Made by a program: the position numbers and the translations under genes
The notes under the pieces: model-generated
The model's database searches: none
What the model was told of the DNA's origin: nothing
Seen by the model: the letters and a program-made list of their open reading frames with translations, nothing else
Part shown: positions 19,316 through 28,668 of the stretch, one piece after another
Layout of the letters: every line of letters begins with the position of its first letter
Numbering within the stretch: position 1 is the stretch's first letter
From: Actinophytocola sp.
GTDB taxonomy: Bacteria; Actinomycetota; Actinomycetes; Mycobacteriales; Pseudonocardiaceae
Assembly (NCBI RefSeq): GCF_050699935.1
Contig: NZ_JBOHGB010000021.1
Location: forward strand, 3,245-67,244
Length of the DNA: 64,000 bases
Direction: 5' to 3'

Positions 19316-20505
19316 GGTCAGATCGGACCCCCGGGCTCTCCAACCGCACCTCAGGGGAACGTGACGCAACCCAGCCACAAGTACGTGACCAAACAGCACT
19401 TTCCCTCCCCCAAGGTGACCACAACAATGAATTTCGGGGAGGCGGTACTGCTTGGCCCGGGGTGATCCACGCCTACTCCGACCGGATCCCGCTCCCGGAC
19501 GGTGCGAAGGTGGTGACCCTGCAGGAGGGCGGCACACCGCTGCTGGAGGCCCACCACGTCTCGGCGGCGACCGGCTGCCGGGTGCTCCTCAAGATCGAGG
19601 GCGCCAACCCGACCGGCTCGTTCAAGGACCGCGGCATGACCGTGGCGATCACGCACGCGCTGGCCACGGGCGCCACCGCGGTGATCTGCGCGTCCACCGG
19701 CAACACGTCCGCGGCGGCCGCCGCGTACGCCGCGCGCGCCGGGCTGACCTGCGCGGTCCTCGTGCCGAGCGGCAAGATCGCGATGGGCAAGCTCGCGCAG
19801 GCCGTCGCGCACGGCGCGCGGATCCTGCAGATCAGCGGCAACTTCGACGACTGCCTCGAGCTCGCCCGCAAGACCGCCGCCGAGTACCCGGTGGAGCTGG
19901 TCAACTCGGTCAACCCGGTGCGCCTGGTGGGGCAGCGGACCGCCGCGTGGGAGATCTGCGACACGCTCGGCCGCGCGCCCGACGTGCACTGCCTGCCGGT
20001 CGGCAACGCGGGCAACATCACCGCGTACTGGCAGGGCTACCGAGACTACGCCGAGGACGGCGTGGTCGCGGGGACGCCGAGGATGTTCGGCTTCCAGGCC
20101 GCGGGCGCGGCGCCACTGGTGCGCGGGGAGCCCGTGCGTGACCCGGACACCGTGGCCACCGCGATCCGGGTGGGCAACCCCGCCTCGTGGGCGGGCGCCA
20201 TCGCCGCGCGTGACGCGTCGGGCGGGCTGATCGACGCGATCACCGACGAGCACCTGCTGGCGGCGTACCACCTGCTCGCCACGCGCGAGGGCGTGTTCGT
20301 CGAGCCGGCGGCGGCGATCAGCGTGGCGGGCGCACTGGCGACGGCCGCGGACGGCCGGCTGCCGGCGGGCTCGCTCGTGGTCTGCACGGTGACCGGGCAC
20401 GGCCTCAAGGACCCGGACACGGCGCTCGCGGGCATGCCGCCGGTGGAGCCGGTGCCGGTGTCGCCCGGTGCGGTCGCGGCCGCGCTGGAGCTGACTCGAG
20501 CGTGA
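19312..20505 (+). CDS. thrC: threonine synthase (start uncertain: ATG 19312 overlapping the hom stop, or GTG 19462)
   Basis: Contains [26 protein letters not shown]...[17 protein letters not shown] (PLP lysine) ...[16 protein letters not shown]. The reading frame is open back through the repeat element to the ATG at 19312 (ATGA overlap with hom). Confidence 0.88.
   Translation: MRSDRTPGLSNRTSGERDATQPQVRDQTALSLPQGDHNNEFRGGGTAWPGVIHAYSDRIPLPDGAKVVTLQEGGTPLLEAHHVSAATGCRVLLKIEGANPTGSFKDRGMTVAITHALATGATAVICASTGNTSAAAAAYAARAGLTCAVLVPSGKIAMGKLAQAVAHGARILQISGNFDDCLELARKTAAEYPVELVNSVNPVRLVGQRTAAWEICDTLGRAPDVHCLPVGNAGNITAYWQGYRDYAEDGVVAGTPRMFGFQAAGAAPLVRGEPVRDPDTVATAIRVGNPASWAGAIAARDASGGLIDAITDEHLLAAYHLLATREGVFVEPAAAISVAGALATAADGRLPAGSLVVCTVTGHGLKDPDTALAGMPPVEPVPVSPGAVAAALELTRA
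19340..19445 (+). repeat. MITE/MIRU-like repeat, copy a (106 bp)
   Basis: CCAACCGCACCTCAGGGGAACGTGACGCAACCCAGCCACAAGTACGTGACC...ACAACAATGAATTTCGGGGAGGCGG. About 88% identical to the reverse complement of 49076-49180. Confidence 0.9.
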
Positions 20506-21428
20506 GTGGAGCCGCGTCCGCCATGAGCGGCACGGTCCGGGTCACGGTTCCCGCCTCGACGGCGAACCTCGGCTCGGGCTTCGATGCACTCGGGCTCGCG
20601 CTCGGCCTGTACGACGTGGTCGAGGTGGCGGTCACCGACGAGGGCGTCACGGGCACGGTGACCGGCGAGGGCGCGGGCCTGCGCGTCGACGAGAACCACC
20701 TCGTCGTGCGCGCGCTGCTGGCCACCGCGAAGGAGCTCGGCCTCGACCTGCCCGGCGTGGAGTTGACGTGCGTGAACGCGATCCCACACGCACGCGGGCT
20801 CGGGTCCTCGGCCGCTGCCGTCGTCGCGGGCATCGCGGCCGGATACGCGCTCGCCGAACGTGAGCTGGACAGTGCGGCGCTGCGGCTCGCCGCCGGGTTC
20901 GAAGGGCACGCCGACAACGTCGCCGCGAGCCTGCGCGGTGGCCTCGCGTTGGCGTGGACCGAGTCGACGCCGAACGAGACCGGGCACACGTATCACGCGG
21001 TGCGCTTCGAGCCGCACCCGTCGCTGCGGCCGGTCGTGCTGATCCCGGCCGAGCACTCCGCCACGTCGCTGACCCGCGGCTTGCTGCCAGCCTCGGTGCC
21101 GCACGTCGACGCCGCGTTCGCGGCCGGCCGGTGCGCGCTCGCCGTGCACGCGCTCACCACGTGGCCGGAGCTGTTGCTGACCGCGACCGAGGACCGGCTG
21201 CATCAGGACTACCGCGCGCGGGCGTGGCCGAACACGATGCGCCTGGTGCGTGCGATGCGCGAGAACGCTGTCGCCGCAACGGTTTCCGGCGCCGGACCGA
21301 CCGTGTTCGCGGCGACGCTGGACGGCCGGTTGCCGGCCGGAGTGGACACGTCGGGCTTCCTCGTGCGCGAGCTGGCGGTCGACCGTGACGGGGTACGAAC
21401 CGAGCGGGTCGGAACAAATTCCAGGTAG
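20502..21428 (+). CDS. thrB: homoserine kinase
   Basis: Contains [21 protein letters not shown]...[19 protein letters not shown] (GHMP kinase motif). The start overlaps the thrC stop. Confidence 0.9.
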   Translation: MSGAASAMSGTVRVTVPASTANLGSGFDALGLALGLYDVVEVAVTDEGVTGTVTGEGAGLRVDENHLVVRALLATAKELGLDLPGVELTCVNAIPHARGLGSSAAAVVAGIAAGYALAERELDSAALRLAAGFEGHADNVAASLRGGLALAWTESTPNETGHTYHAVRFEPHPSLRPVVLIPAEHSATSLTRGLLPASVPHVDAAFAAGRCALAVHALTTWPELLLTATEDRLHQDYRARAWPNTMRLVRAMRENAVAATVSGAGPTVFAATLDGRLPAGVDTSGFLVRELAVDRDGVRTERVGTNSR

Positions 21429-21814
21429 GCGGTGTTGTACAGGTCAGCCACGCCGGGCACCCGGTTGTTGCACGCGGATGCGGGGCCGTCTACCCTCAGG
21501 GGCGTTCAGTCACCGCGCGTACCGGCGCCCGGTGTCGTTCCCGGGGAACTCTTTCCGGGTCGCATCATCATCCGTTGAGATGCCGACTCGGCCCATGGCC
21601 GAAGTCGACGCTGGCGGATACCGAAAGCCGCGGTGACCGAGGTAGCTCAGCGTTGACGAACCGTCGTCCGCGATGGCGAAACTGCCAGGTGGCCACGGTA
21701 GTGATGGCGGTCGGTCAACCCGGGGCGTAGCGCCGTGCCGAGTTCGTCGGGCGGCGGTCCGCTGGTACACGGGTCCACCAAATGGAGGCGGGGACCTGGT
21801 CAGGAAGGACATGA

Positions 21815-23758
21815 GTGAGCAACACTGATCTGCTGGGTAGCGAATCCACAAATGGCACGGTCGAAGCCGCACCCGCGGCGGAGACCGATGCCACGCCACG
21901 CACCAGTGCAAACGGGGGTACGACCAAGCGACGCGCCGGCCTGTCGGGCATGGTGCTCGCCGAGCTTCGCGAACTCGCCGGACAGCTGGGCATCACCGGC
22001 ACGGCGGGAATGCGTAAGGGGGACCTGATCGCCGCGATCAAGGAGCGGCAAGGCAGTTCGTCCGGCGGTGCACAGGAGCGTGCCGTGACCGACTCGGGAC
22101 GTGGTTCGAAGACTGGTTCGGAGACACTGCCGCTCGGCATCGAGTCCGAGCGTGCGACCCCGGCCGAGAAGCCGGAGAAGCCCGCGACGGACAAGCCGGC
22201 CGAGTCCGGCGCGCCCGCCGAGCAGGCCGGCGGGGAGACCGGTGAGGACGGTGGCCGCCGCGAGGGCGGTCGGCGTCGGCGCGGGTCCGGCCGTGCGGCC
22301 GGCAGCCCGGACACCGAGCAGCGCGACGACAAGCGCGAGGACAAGCGCGAGGAAGGCAAGCGGGACAACGACCGCGGCGGGGACCGGGGTGAGCGGAACC
22401 AGGAACGCCAGGGTGGCGGCCGGGACCGCAACCAGGGCGGCCGCAACCAGGGCGGGCGCAACAACGACCGCAACAACGACCGCAACAACGACCGCGACAA
22501 CGGGCCGGACGACGACGACGAGGAGGGCGGCCGCCGTCGTGGCCGGCGCTTCCGAGACCGTCGTCGCCGCGGCGGTGGCGGCCGGGGCGATTCGCCGGAC
22601 ACCGAGGTGCGCGAGGACGACGTCCTGCTGCCCGTCGCCGGCGTGCTCGACGTGCTCGAGAACTACGCGTTCGTGCGGACCTCGGGCTACCTGTCCGGGC
22701 CCAACGACGTCTACGTCTCGCTCTCGCTCGTGCGCAAGTACGGCCTTCGCCGCGGCGATGCGATCACCGGCATGGTGCGCCAGCCGCGTGAGGGCGAGCA
22801 GCAGCGGCAGAAGTTCAACCCGCTGGTGCGCGTGGAGACGATCAACGGGCTCGACCCGGAGCAGGCGAGGAACCGTGCCGAGTTCACCAAGCTGACTCCG
22901 CTCTACCCCAACGAGCGGCTGCGCCTGGAGACCGAGTCGCACATCCTCACCACGCGCGTCATCGACCTGGTGATGCCGGTGGGCAAGGGGCAGCGTGCGC
23001 TGATCGTCTCGCCGCCGAAGGCCGGCAAGACCATGGTCCTGCAGGCCATCGCGAACGCGATCACCACGAACAACCCCGAGGTCTACCTGATGGTCGTGCT
23101 CGTGGACGAACGGCCGGAAGAGGTCACCGACATGCAGCGATCGGTGAAGGGCGAGGTCATCGCCTCGACCTTCGACCGCCCGCCGTCGGACCACACCACG
23201 GTCGCGGAGCTGTCCATCGAGCGGGCCAAGCGCCTGGTCGAGATGGGCCACGACGTGGTCGTGCTGCTCGACTCGATCACCCGGCTCGGCCGCGCTTACA
23301 ACCTGGCCGCGCCCGCGTCCGGGCGGATCCTGTCCGGTGGTGTCGACTCGACCGCGCTCTTCCCACCGAAGCGGTTCCTCGGCGCGGCGCGCAACATCGA
23401 GGACGGCGGCTCGCTGACGATCTTCGCCACCGCACTGGTGGAAACCGGGTCGGCGGGTGACACGGTGATCTTCGAGGAGTTCAAGGGCACTGGTAACGCC
23501 GAGCTGAAGCTGGACCGCAAGATCGCGGACAAGCGGACCTTCCCGGCCGTGGACGTCGACCTGTCCAGCACCCGCAAGGAGGAGCTGCTGCTCTCGCCGG
23601 ACGAGCTCGCGGTCACCGTGAAACTCCGCCGCGTGTTGCACGCGCTGGACAACCAGCAGGCCATCGACCTGCTGCTGACCCAGCTGCGCAAGACCCGCAC
23701 GAACATCGAGTTCCTCATGCAGGTGGCCAAGAACACGCCAACGGTCAATGACGACTAA
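21815..23758 (+). CDS. rho: transcription termination factor Rho with a long R/G/D/N-rich N-terminal insertion
   Basis: Has an N-terminal Rho_N helix (LAELRELAGQLGITGTAGMRKGDLIAAI), then about 200 aa of low complexity. This is followed by the cold-shock-like RNA-binding domain and the ATPase (GKGQRALIVSPPKAGKT; VLLDSITRLGRAYN). A 386 nt leader precedes it. Confidence 0.93.
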   Translation: MSNTDLLGSESTNGTVEAAPAAETDATPRTSANGGTTKRRAGLSGMVLAELRELAGQLGITGTAGMRKGDLIAAIKERQGSSSGGAQERAVTDSGRGSKTGSETLPLGIESERATPAEKPEKPATDKPAESGAPAEQAGGETGEDGGRREGGRRRRGSGRAAGSPDTEQRDDKREDKREEGKRDNDRGGDRGERNQERQGGGRDRNQGGRNQGGRNNDRNNDRNNDRDNGPDDDDEEGGRRRGRRFRDRRRRGGGGRGDSPDTEVREDDVLLPVAGVLDVLENYAFVRTSGYLSGPNDVYVSLSLVRKYGLRRGDAITGMVRQPREGEQQRQKFNPLVRVETINGLDPEQARNRAEFTKLTPLYPNERLRLETESHILTTRVIDLVMPVGKGQRALIVSPPKAGKTMVLQAIANAITTNNPEVYLMVVLVDERPEEVTDMQRSVKGEVIASTFDRPPSDHTTVAELSIERAKRLVEMGHDVVVLLDSITRLGRAYNLAAPASGRILSGGVDSTALFPPKRFLGAARNIEDGGSLTIFATALVETGSAGDTVIFEEFKGTGNAELKLDRKIADKRTFPAVDVDLSSTRKEELLLSPDELAVTVKLRRVLHALDNQQAIDLLLTQLRKTRTNIEFLMQVAKNTPTVNDD

Positions 23759-24183
23759 GGCTGACGACTGAGCTCACGCTCGTCGTCATCGGCATCGGCC
23801 TGCCGGCACAGGATCACGAGCGTGACCAGTGCCGGCAGGCCGACCGCTATCGCGGCCCAGGTCGGGATCGCCGGCCCGCCGAGCAGCAGGCCGGCGACGA
23901 AGATCGCGGTGGGGTAGGCGATCCGCAGGCAGCGGCGCCGGCAGTTCGGCCAGTGGGCCGGGTGCACGTCGATGAGCGCCGTCACCGCCGCGGCGGCGCC
24001 GCACAGGGCACTGGACAGCGTCGCCTGCCATTGCGCGTCGATGAGCACCCGCAGCACGGCGACCAGGCCGAGGACGGCGGCCGTGAAGAGGATCGGGATG
24101 GCCAGCCAGGCACGCAAGGAAAGCGGCCGGCCGGACAGGTCGAGGGGGCCGGGCAGCACCCCAGCAGTGTGTCCGCGGTCCAT
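23755..24183 (-). CDS. hypothetical integral membrane protein (142 aa, about 4 TM)
   Basis: Hydrophobic segments LAIPILFTAAVLGLVAVL, LCGAAAAVTALI, AIFVAGLLLGG and AAIAVGLPALVTLVIL. Convergent with rho. Confidence 0.5.
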   Translation of the reverse strand: MDRGHTAGVLPGPLDLSGRPLSLRAWLAIPILFTAAVLGLVAVLRVLIDAQWQATLSSALCGAAAAVTALIDVHPAHWPNCRRRCLRIAYPTAIFVAGLLLGGPAIPTWAAIAVGLPALVTLVILCRQADADDDERELSRQP

Positions 24184-24385
24184 GTACTCGATCGGGTGAC
24201 ATCGGTGAGTGTGCGACCAAGTGCGGCGGGCAGCCGCTCACGGACGACGAGCGGTCGGAATACGGCCCGAGCGGGGCGCGTTGAAGACTTCGCCAGGTCA
24301 TCTGGCAAACTGTTGGGTCGAGTCCCGGCTCCGGTTCACCCCGAACGAACGGGGACCCGGCGGCCACTGAGAAAGGGCAAGATCT

Positions 24386-24604
24386 GTGAAGACCGGTATC
24401 CACCCCGAGTACGTCGTGACCGAGGTCGTCTGCGGCTGTGGGAACAAGTTCACCACGCACAGCACGAAGAAGTCGGGCAGCATCCACGTCGAGATCTGCT
24501 CGAACTGCCACCCGTTCTACACGGGCAAGCAGAAGATCCTCGACACCGGCGGCCGGGTCGCCCGCTTCGAGGCTCGCTACGGCAAGCGGCAGAAGTCCAA
24601 GTAG
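24386..24604 (+). CDS. rpmE: 50S ribosomal protein L31 (Cys-containing, zinc-ribbon type)
   Basis: MKTGIHPEY....CGCGN.F.T.ST.....[26 protein letters not shown]. Confidence 0.93.
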   Translation: MKTGIHPEYVVTEVVCGCGNKFTTHSTKKSGSIHVEICSNCHPFYTGKQKILDTGGRVARFEARYGKRQKSK

Positions 24605-24614
24605 CTTCGCGTTC

Positions 24615-24728
24615 GGCGCCTACCCGACGAGGCCTGTTCAAAACACTCCGGTTCGTCGACCTCTTCGCACCTGGTCGACAGTTTTGAATTGGCCTCGGCC
24701 GTGTCGGGTGGGCGCCGTTTTGTGTCTT
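24615..24728 (+). terminator. long imperfect hairpin plus U-tract between rpmE and prfA
   Basis: Left arm GGCGCCTACCCGAC..GAGGCC..TTCAAAAC..GTCGACC (from 24615) pairs with right arm GGTCGAC..GTTTTGAA..GGCCTC..GTCGGGTGGGCGCC (to 24716). It is followed by GTTTTGTGTCTT. Confidence 0.55.
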
Positions 24729-24745
24729 CCGGAGAGGAGGCCGCC

Positions 24746-25819
24746 GTGGACTCGTCGGCACTCGGTGAGCTGGTGAGCGAGTACGCCGAACTGGAGCGGG
24801 CGCTCGCCGACCCGGCCGTGCACGGTGACCAGGACCGAGCCCGCCGGCTCGGCCGTCGCTACGCCGAGCTGACCCCGACCGTGCGGACGCTGCGCGAGCT
24901 GGAGTCGGTGCGCGACGACCTGGCCGCGGCGCGTGAGCTGGCTGCCGAGGACGAGACGTTCGCCGTGGAGGCCGAGTCGCTGGCGGAGCGGGTGCCGGCG
25001 CTCGAGGCCAGGCTGACCGAGCTGCTGGCGCCGCGCGACCCGCACGACGGCTCGGACCTGCTGATGGAGATCAAGTCGGGGGAGGGCGGCGAGGAGTCGG
25101 CGCTGTTCGCCGGCGATCTGCTGCGGATGTACCTGCGCTACGCGGAGCGGCACGGCTGGCGGGCCGAGGTCCTGGACGGCACGGAGACCGAGCTGGGCGG
25201 GTACAAGGACGTCACGGTCGCGGTCAAGAGCCGAGCCGCCACACCGGACGGCGTGTGGTCGCGGCTGAAGTTCGAGGGCGGCGTGCACCGGGTGCAGCGC
25301 GTGCCGGTCACCGAGTCGCAGGGCCGGATCCACACGTCGGCGGCCGGTGTGCTCGTGTACCCGGACGTCGAGGACGTCGAGGTCGAGGTCGACGAGAAGG
25401 ATCTGCGGGTCGACGTGTTCCGGTCGTCGGGCAAGGGCGGCCAGAGCGTGAACACGACCGACTCGGCGGTGCGGATCACCCACCTGCCGACCGGGATCGT
25501 GGTGTCCTGCCAGAACGAGCGGTCGCAGCTGCAGAACAAGACCCGCGCCATGCAGGTGCTGCGCGCCCGGCTGGTGGCGATGGCCGAGGAGGAGGCGGCG
25601 AAGCAGGCCGCGGACACCCGGCGCAGCCAGGTCCGTACGGTCGACCGGTCCGAGCGGGTGCGCACGTACAACTTCCCGGAGAACCGGATCTCCGACCACC
25701 GGGTCAACTACAAGGCGTACAACCTGGACCAGGTCCTGGACGGCGACCTGGACGGCGTCCTCGACGCCCTCGCCGCCGCCGATCGCGACGAGCGCCTCTC
25801 CGCGCACCAGTCGGCCTGA
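24746..25819 (+). CDS. prfA: peptide chain release factor 1
   Basis: GTG follows GGAGAGGAGG. Contains the PxT-type decoding region and [25 protein letters not shown] (GGQ motif). Confidence 0.93.
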   Translation: MDSSALGELVSEYAELERALADPAVHGDQDRARRLGRRYAELTPTVRTLRELESVRDDLAAARELAAEDETFAVEAESLAERVPALEARLTELLAPRDPHDGSDLLMEIKSGEGGEESALFAGDLLRMYLRYAERHGWRAEVLDGTETELGGYKDVTVAVKSRAATPDGVWSRLKFEGGVHRVQRVPVTESQGRIHTSAAGVLVYPDVEDVEVEVDEKDLRVDVFRSSGKGGQSVNTTDSAVRITHLPTGIVVSCQNERSQLQNKTRAMQVLRARLVAMAEEEAAKQAADTRRSQVRTVDRSERVRTYNFPENRISDHRVNYKAYNLDQVLDGDLDGVLDALAAADRDERLSAHQSA

Positions 25820-25884
25820 TCCCGCGTGCCCAACGAGGCTCGTGGCTCCGGCCGCCGCGAGCGTGGGTGTGCGAGGGTGAGCCG

Positions 25885-26748
25885 GTGACCCGACAGCCGC
25901 TGCGCCTCGCCGTGCTCGAGGCCGAGCGCATCCTCGCCGCCGCCGGTGTGGCGTCGCCGCGCGTGGACGCGGAGCTGATCGCCGCGCACGTGCTCGGTGT
26001 GGAGCGGGGCACGCTGCCGCTCGTGCCGCTGGTCGACCCGCAGGTGATCGACGCGATCGGCCAGCTCGTGCACCGCCGGGCCACGCGGGTGCCGCTGCAG
26101 CACCTGCTCGGCCAGGCGGCCATGGGCGGCATCGCCGTCGAGGTCGGCGTCGGTGTGTTCGTGCCGCGGCCGGAGACCGAGCTGCTCCTCGAGTGGGGCC
26201 TCGGCGAGCTCAAGGATGTCGCCGATCCGCTCGTCGTCGACCTGTGCACCGGCTCGGGCGTGCTCGCGCTGGCGTTCGCCCACGAGCGGCCGGATGCCAC
26301 CGTGCACGCCGTCGACGTGGACAGCTCGGCGCTGGCCTGGGCCCGGCGCAACGCCGACACCCGCGCCGCGGCGGGGGACCGGCCGGTCACGCTGCACAAG
26401 GGCGACGTCGCCGAGCCCGCGCTGCTCGCGGACCTGGAGGGCCGGGTCGACCTGCTCGTGTGCAACCCGCCGTACGTGCCGGTGGGCACCGAGGTGCCGC
26501 CGGAGGTGGGGGAGCACGACCCGTTCCGCGCCGTGTTCGCGCCCGGGGACGGGCTCGCGGTGATCCGCCACGTGGTGGCCGCGGCCGCGCGGCTGCTCGG
26601 GCCGGGCGGCCGCTTCGCGATGGAGCACGACGACTCACAGGCGGCGTCGGTGCCCGCGTTGGTCGCGGCGCGCCGGGTGCTGACCGACGTGGCGGACCAC
26701 CGGGACCTCGCGGGCCTGCCGCGTTTCGTCACCGCCTGGCACGTCTGA
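25885..26748 (+). CDS. prmC: release factor glutamine N5-methyltransferase PrmC/HemK
   Basis: Contains VPLQHLLG...FVPRPETELL...DLCTGSGVLALA...LLVCNPPYVP (NPPY motif). Alternative GTG start at 25867. Confidence 0.88.
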   Translation: MTRQPLRLAVLEAERILAAAGVASPRVDAELIAAHVLGVERGTLPLVPLVDPQVIDAIGQLVHRRATRVPLQHLLGQAAMGGIAVEVGVGVFVPRPETELLLEWGLGELKDVADPLVVDLCTGSGVLALAFAHERPDATVHAVDVDSSALAWARRNADTRAAAGDRPVTLHKGDVAEPALLADLEGRVDLLVCNPPYVPVGTEVPPEVGEHDPFRAVFAPGDGLAVIRHVVAAAARLLGPGGRFAMEHDDSQAASVPALVAARRVLTDVADHRDLAGLPRFVTAWHV

Positions 26749-26786
26749 TCCGCCGGGTCCACCGACGGACGGAGGTGCGCGGACAG

Positions 26787-27173
26787 ATGAGCGAGAACGA
26801 TCCGCATATCCACGTGGAGCGGAATGTCGCGCGGACCGACGCCGGCGTCCGCGACATGATCGCGTCGACATTCGGCCTCGCGGCCGACTCCCCGAGCGTC
26901 GTCACCACCGGGTGCGGCATAGCGGTTCCCTACGCGATGACCTCCCCGCGCCCGGGGAGCATCACCTGCCTGGCGTGCCAGGAACACGCCCACCGCGAGC
27001 ACCTGCGCTTCGCCGAGCAGGTCGAACGCCTGGGTGGGATGCCGGGCGTGAACGTCACCGGCGAGGAGGCGGCCAAGGTCGCGCAGTGGCACCGGGACCG
27101 CGCGGCGAGGTTCTCCGGCTGGCGCGCCCCGCGGCCGTGCTACGGGCGGGAGTGCGCCACCATCTCGTCGTAG
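26787..27173 (+). CDS. hypothetical protein (128 aa) with a CxxC motif
   Basis: Coding-like composition (MSENDPHIHVERNV...ITCLACQEHAHREHLRFAEQVERLGG). No family recognised. Confidence 0.45.
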   Translation: MSENDPHIHVERNVARTDAGVRDMIASTFGLAADSPSVVTTGCGIAVPYAMTSPRPGSITCLACQEHAHREHLRFAEQVERLGGMPGVNVTGEEAAKVAQWHRDRAARFSGWRAPRPCYGRECATISS

Positions 27174-27778
27174 ATCGGCCGCATCCGTGACCACCCCTCG
27201 TCGGGCCCGGACGCGAAGATGAAGTACTCGGTGCCGTCGACGAGCCAGTACAGCGCGCGGACGTGCTGCACGCCGCTGCCGTCGTGGTGCTCGTACTCCC
27301 ACTCGATCGCCGGATGGCCGCCGTAGGTCGCCCGGCTCAGGCCGAGGCGCTCGTAGCCGGTCGTGCGCTCGGCGAACAGCGTCTCGGACGTGAGGTGCAG
27401 CCGCTCGATGTCGGTCGACGCGGCCGGTGCGCCGCCGTAGCCGAGGGCGCGGCCGGCGTCGGACGGGTCGGACGCCCGCATCGCGCCCGGCCCGCCGGCC
27501 CGTGCTATCCGCCAGCCGACCGGGATCACGGTCTGGATCTCCGCCGGGCCGGACACGTGGCGGAAGCCCCGCGGCGGCGGACGTGTCGTGGCCGGAGTGC
27601 GCGCGCCCTCGTCCGCGACGTAGGTCGGCGAGGACGGCTCGGGGCTCGCGGCCGACGGAACCTGTGGCCGCATCAGCAGTGCCGCACCGAGCACCGTGCT
27701 GACCACGACGTACCCCGCCGCACAACAGACCGCCAGCCACCTCGTGCTCAGCGACCGCACGCTAGCCACCAATTTCAC
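27140..27778 (-). CDS. hypothetical membrane-anchored protein (212 aa)
   Basis: N-terminal TM helix (WLAVCCAAGYVVVSTVLGAALLM), a Pro-rich linker and a globular C-terminal domain (IEWEYEHHDGSGVQHVRALYWLVDGTEYFIFASG). Confidence 0.55.
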   Translation of the reverse strand: MKLVASVRSLSTRWLAVCCAAGYVVVSTVLGAALLMRPQVPSAASPEPSSPTYVADEGARTPATTRPPPRGFRHVSGPAEIQTVIPVGWRIARAGGPGAMRASDPSDAGRALGYGGAPAASTDIERLHLTSETLFAERTTGYERLGLSRATYGGHPAIEWEYEHHDGSGVQHVRALYWLVDGTEYFIFASGPDEGWSRMRPIYDEMVAHSRP

Positions 27779-27836
27779 CTATCACTACCCCCCGACACGG
27801 GTGTACTGAGAGTAACGTGCCGGCGGGGGTGATCCA

Positions 27837-28658
27837 ATGCTTCGCGCGTGGCAGGACGTGATCGTCAAGTGGCGGCTGGTGCCCGACGACCTTCCGGACT
27901 GGGACGTCGCGGGTCGCGAGCAGGCGTATTCGGCCAGGTCAGCCCTGCTCGACGGCCGCCTGGACGAGGCGCTGGAGAGGTTCGATGCCGCGGCCCGGCT
28001 GCGTGATCATCCGCTCGACCAGGTGGGGATCGGTGACGTGTATCTCGCGCGCGGCAAGTGGCGCACGGCGGAGGAGCACTACCGCCGGGCGCTGCCCGCC
28101 GGCGGGGTCGCGGCGTTGCTGGCCAAGCTCGGCATCGGCCAGGTGCTGATCGGCGAGGGCCGGGCCACCGCCTCGATCGCCGACCTGGAGCACCTCGTCG
28201 CCGACCGGCCGCAGGATCCGACGTTGCGGTACTACCTCGCGAGCGCCTGGTTCTCGGTGGCCGAGCAGAGCCGCTCCCGCACCGCCGACGACACCCTGGT
28301 GATCACGAGCGAGCAGCAGCTGCTGATCTGCGAGCAGGCGGCCGAGCGGATCCTGTCCCTGGAGGTCGACGACACCGAGCTCGACCGCGGCGCGGAGCAA
28401 CTGCGGGGCGAGGTCGCGTTGGGCCGTCGGTGGACCTGGGCGCCGGAGGGGATCGCGGTCAGCCTGGCCGTGCTGGTCGTCGCGATGGGACTGATCACGG
28501 TCGTCGCCGGCGGGCTGATGGGCAGCCCGGCCCTGGTGATCGCCGGCGTCGTGCTGGGGGCCCTGTTGCTGTTCGTGATCGTGTGGCGCTTCCGCCGGCA
28601 GACCTGGCGCCGCCGCGCCGACGAGATGGCCCCACGGATCACCCGGCCCGGGGTCTAA
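27837..28658 (+). CDS. TPR-like repeat protein with C-terminal TM helices
   Basis: Contains LDEALERFDAAARL...GDVYLARGKWRTAEEHYRRAL plus hydrophobic segments IAVSLAVLVVAMGLITVVAGGL and ALVIAGVVLGALLLFVIV. Confidence 0.55.
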   Translation: MLRAWQDVIVKWRLVPDDLPDWDVAGREQAYSARSALLDGRLDEALERFDAAARLRDHPLDQVGIGDVYLARGKWRTAEEHYRRALPAGGVAALLAKLGIGQVLIGEGRATASIADLEHLVADRPQDPTLRYYLASAWFSVAEQSRSRTADDTLVITSEQQLLICEQAAERILSLEVDDTELDRGAEQLRGEVALGRRWTWAPEGIAVSLAVLVVAMGLITVVAGGLMGSPALVIAGVVLGALLLFVIVWRFRRQTWRRRADEMAPRITRPGV

Positions 28659-28668
28659 GGTTTCGCCC

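Noticed and set aside
19426-19464. Mini-[15 protein letters not shown] starting at the ATG inside repeat copy a.
   Set aside because: It is 12 codons long and out of frame with thrC. The equivalent ATG is absent from copies c, d and e, so it is not a conserved feature of the element.
21636-21720. tRNA-like GGTAGCTCAGCG segment in the rho leader.
   Set aside because: No acceptor stem, anticodon arm or T-arm can be built around it. It is most likely just part of the long structured rho 5' leader.
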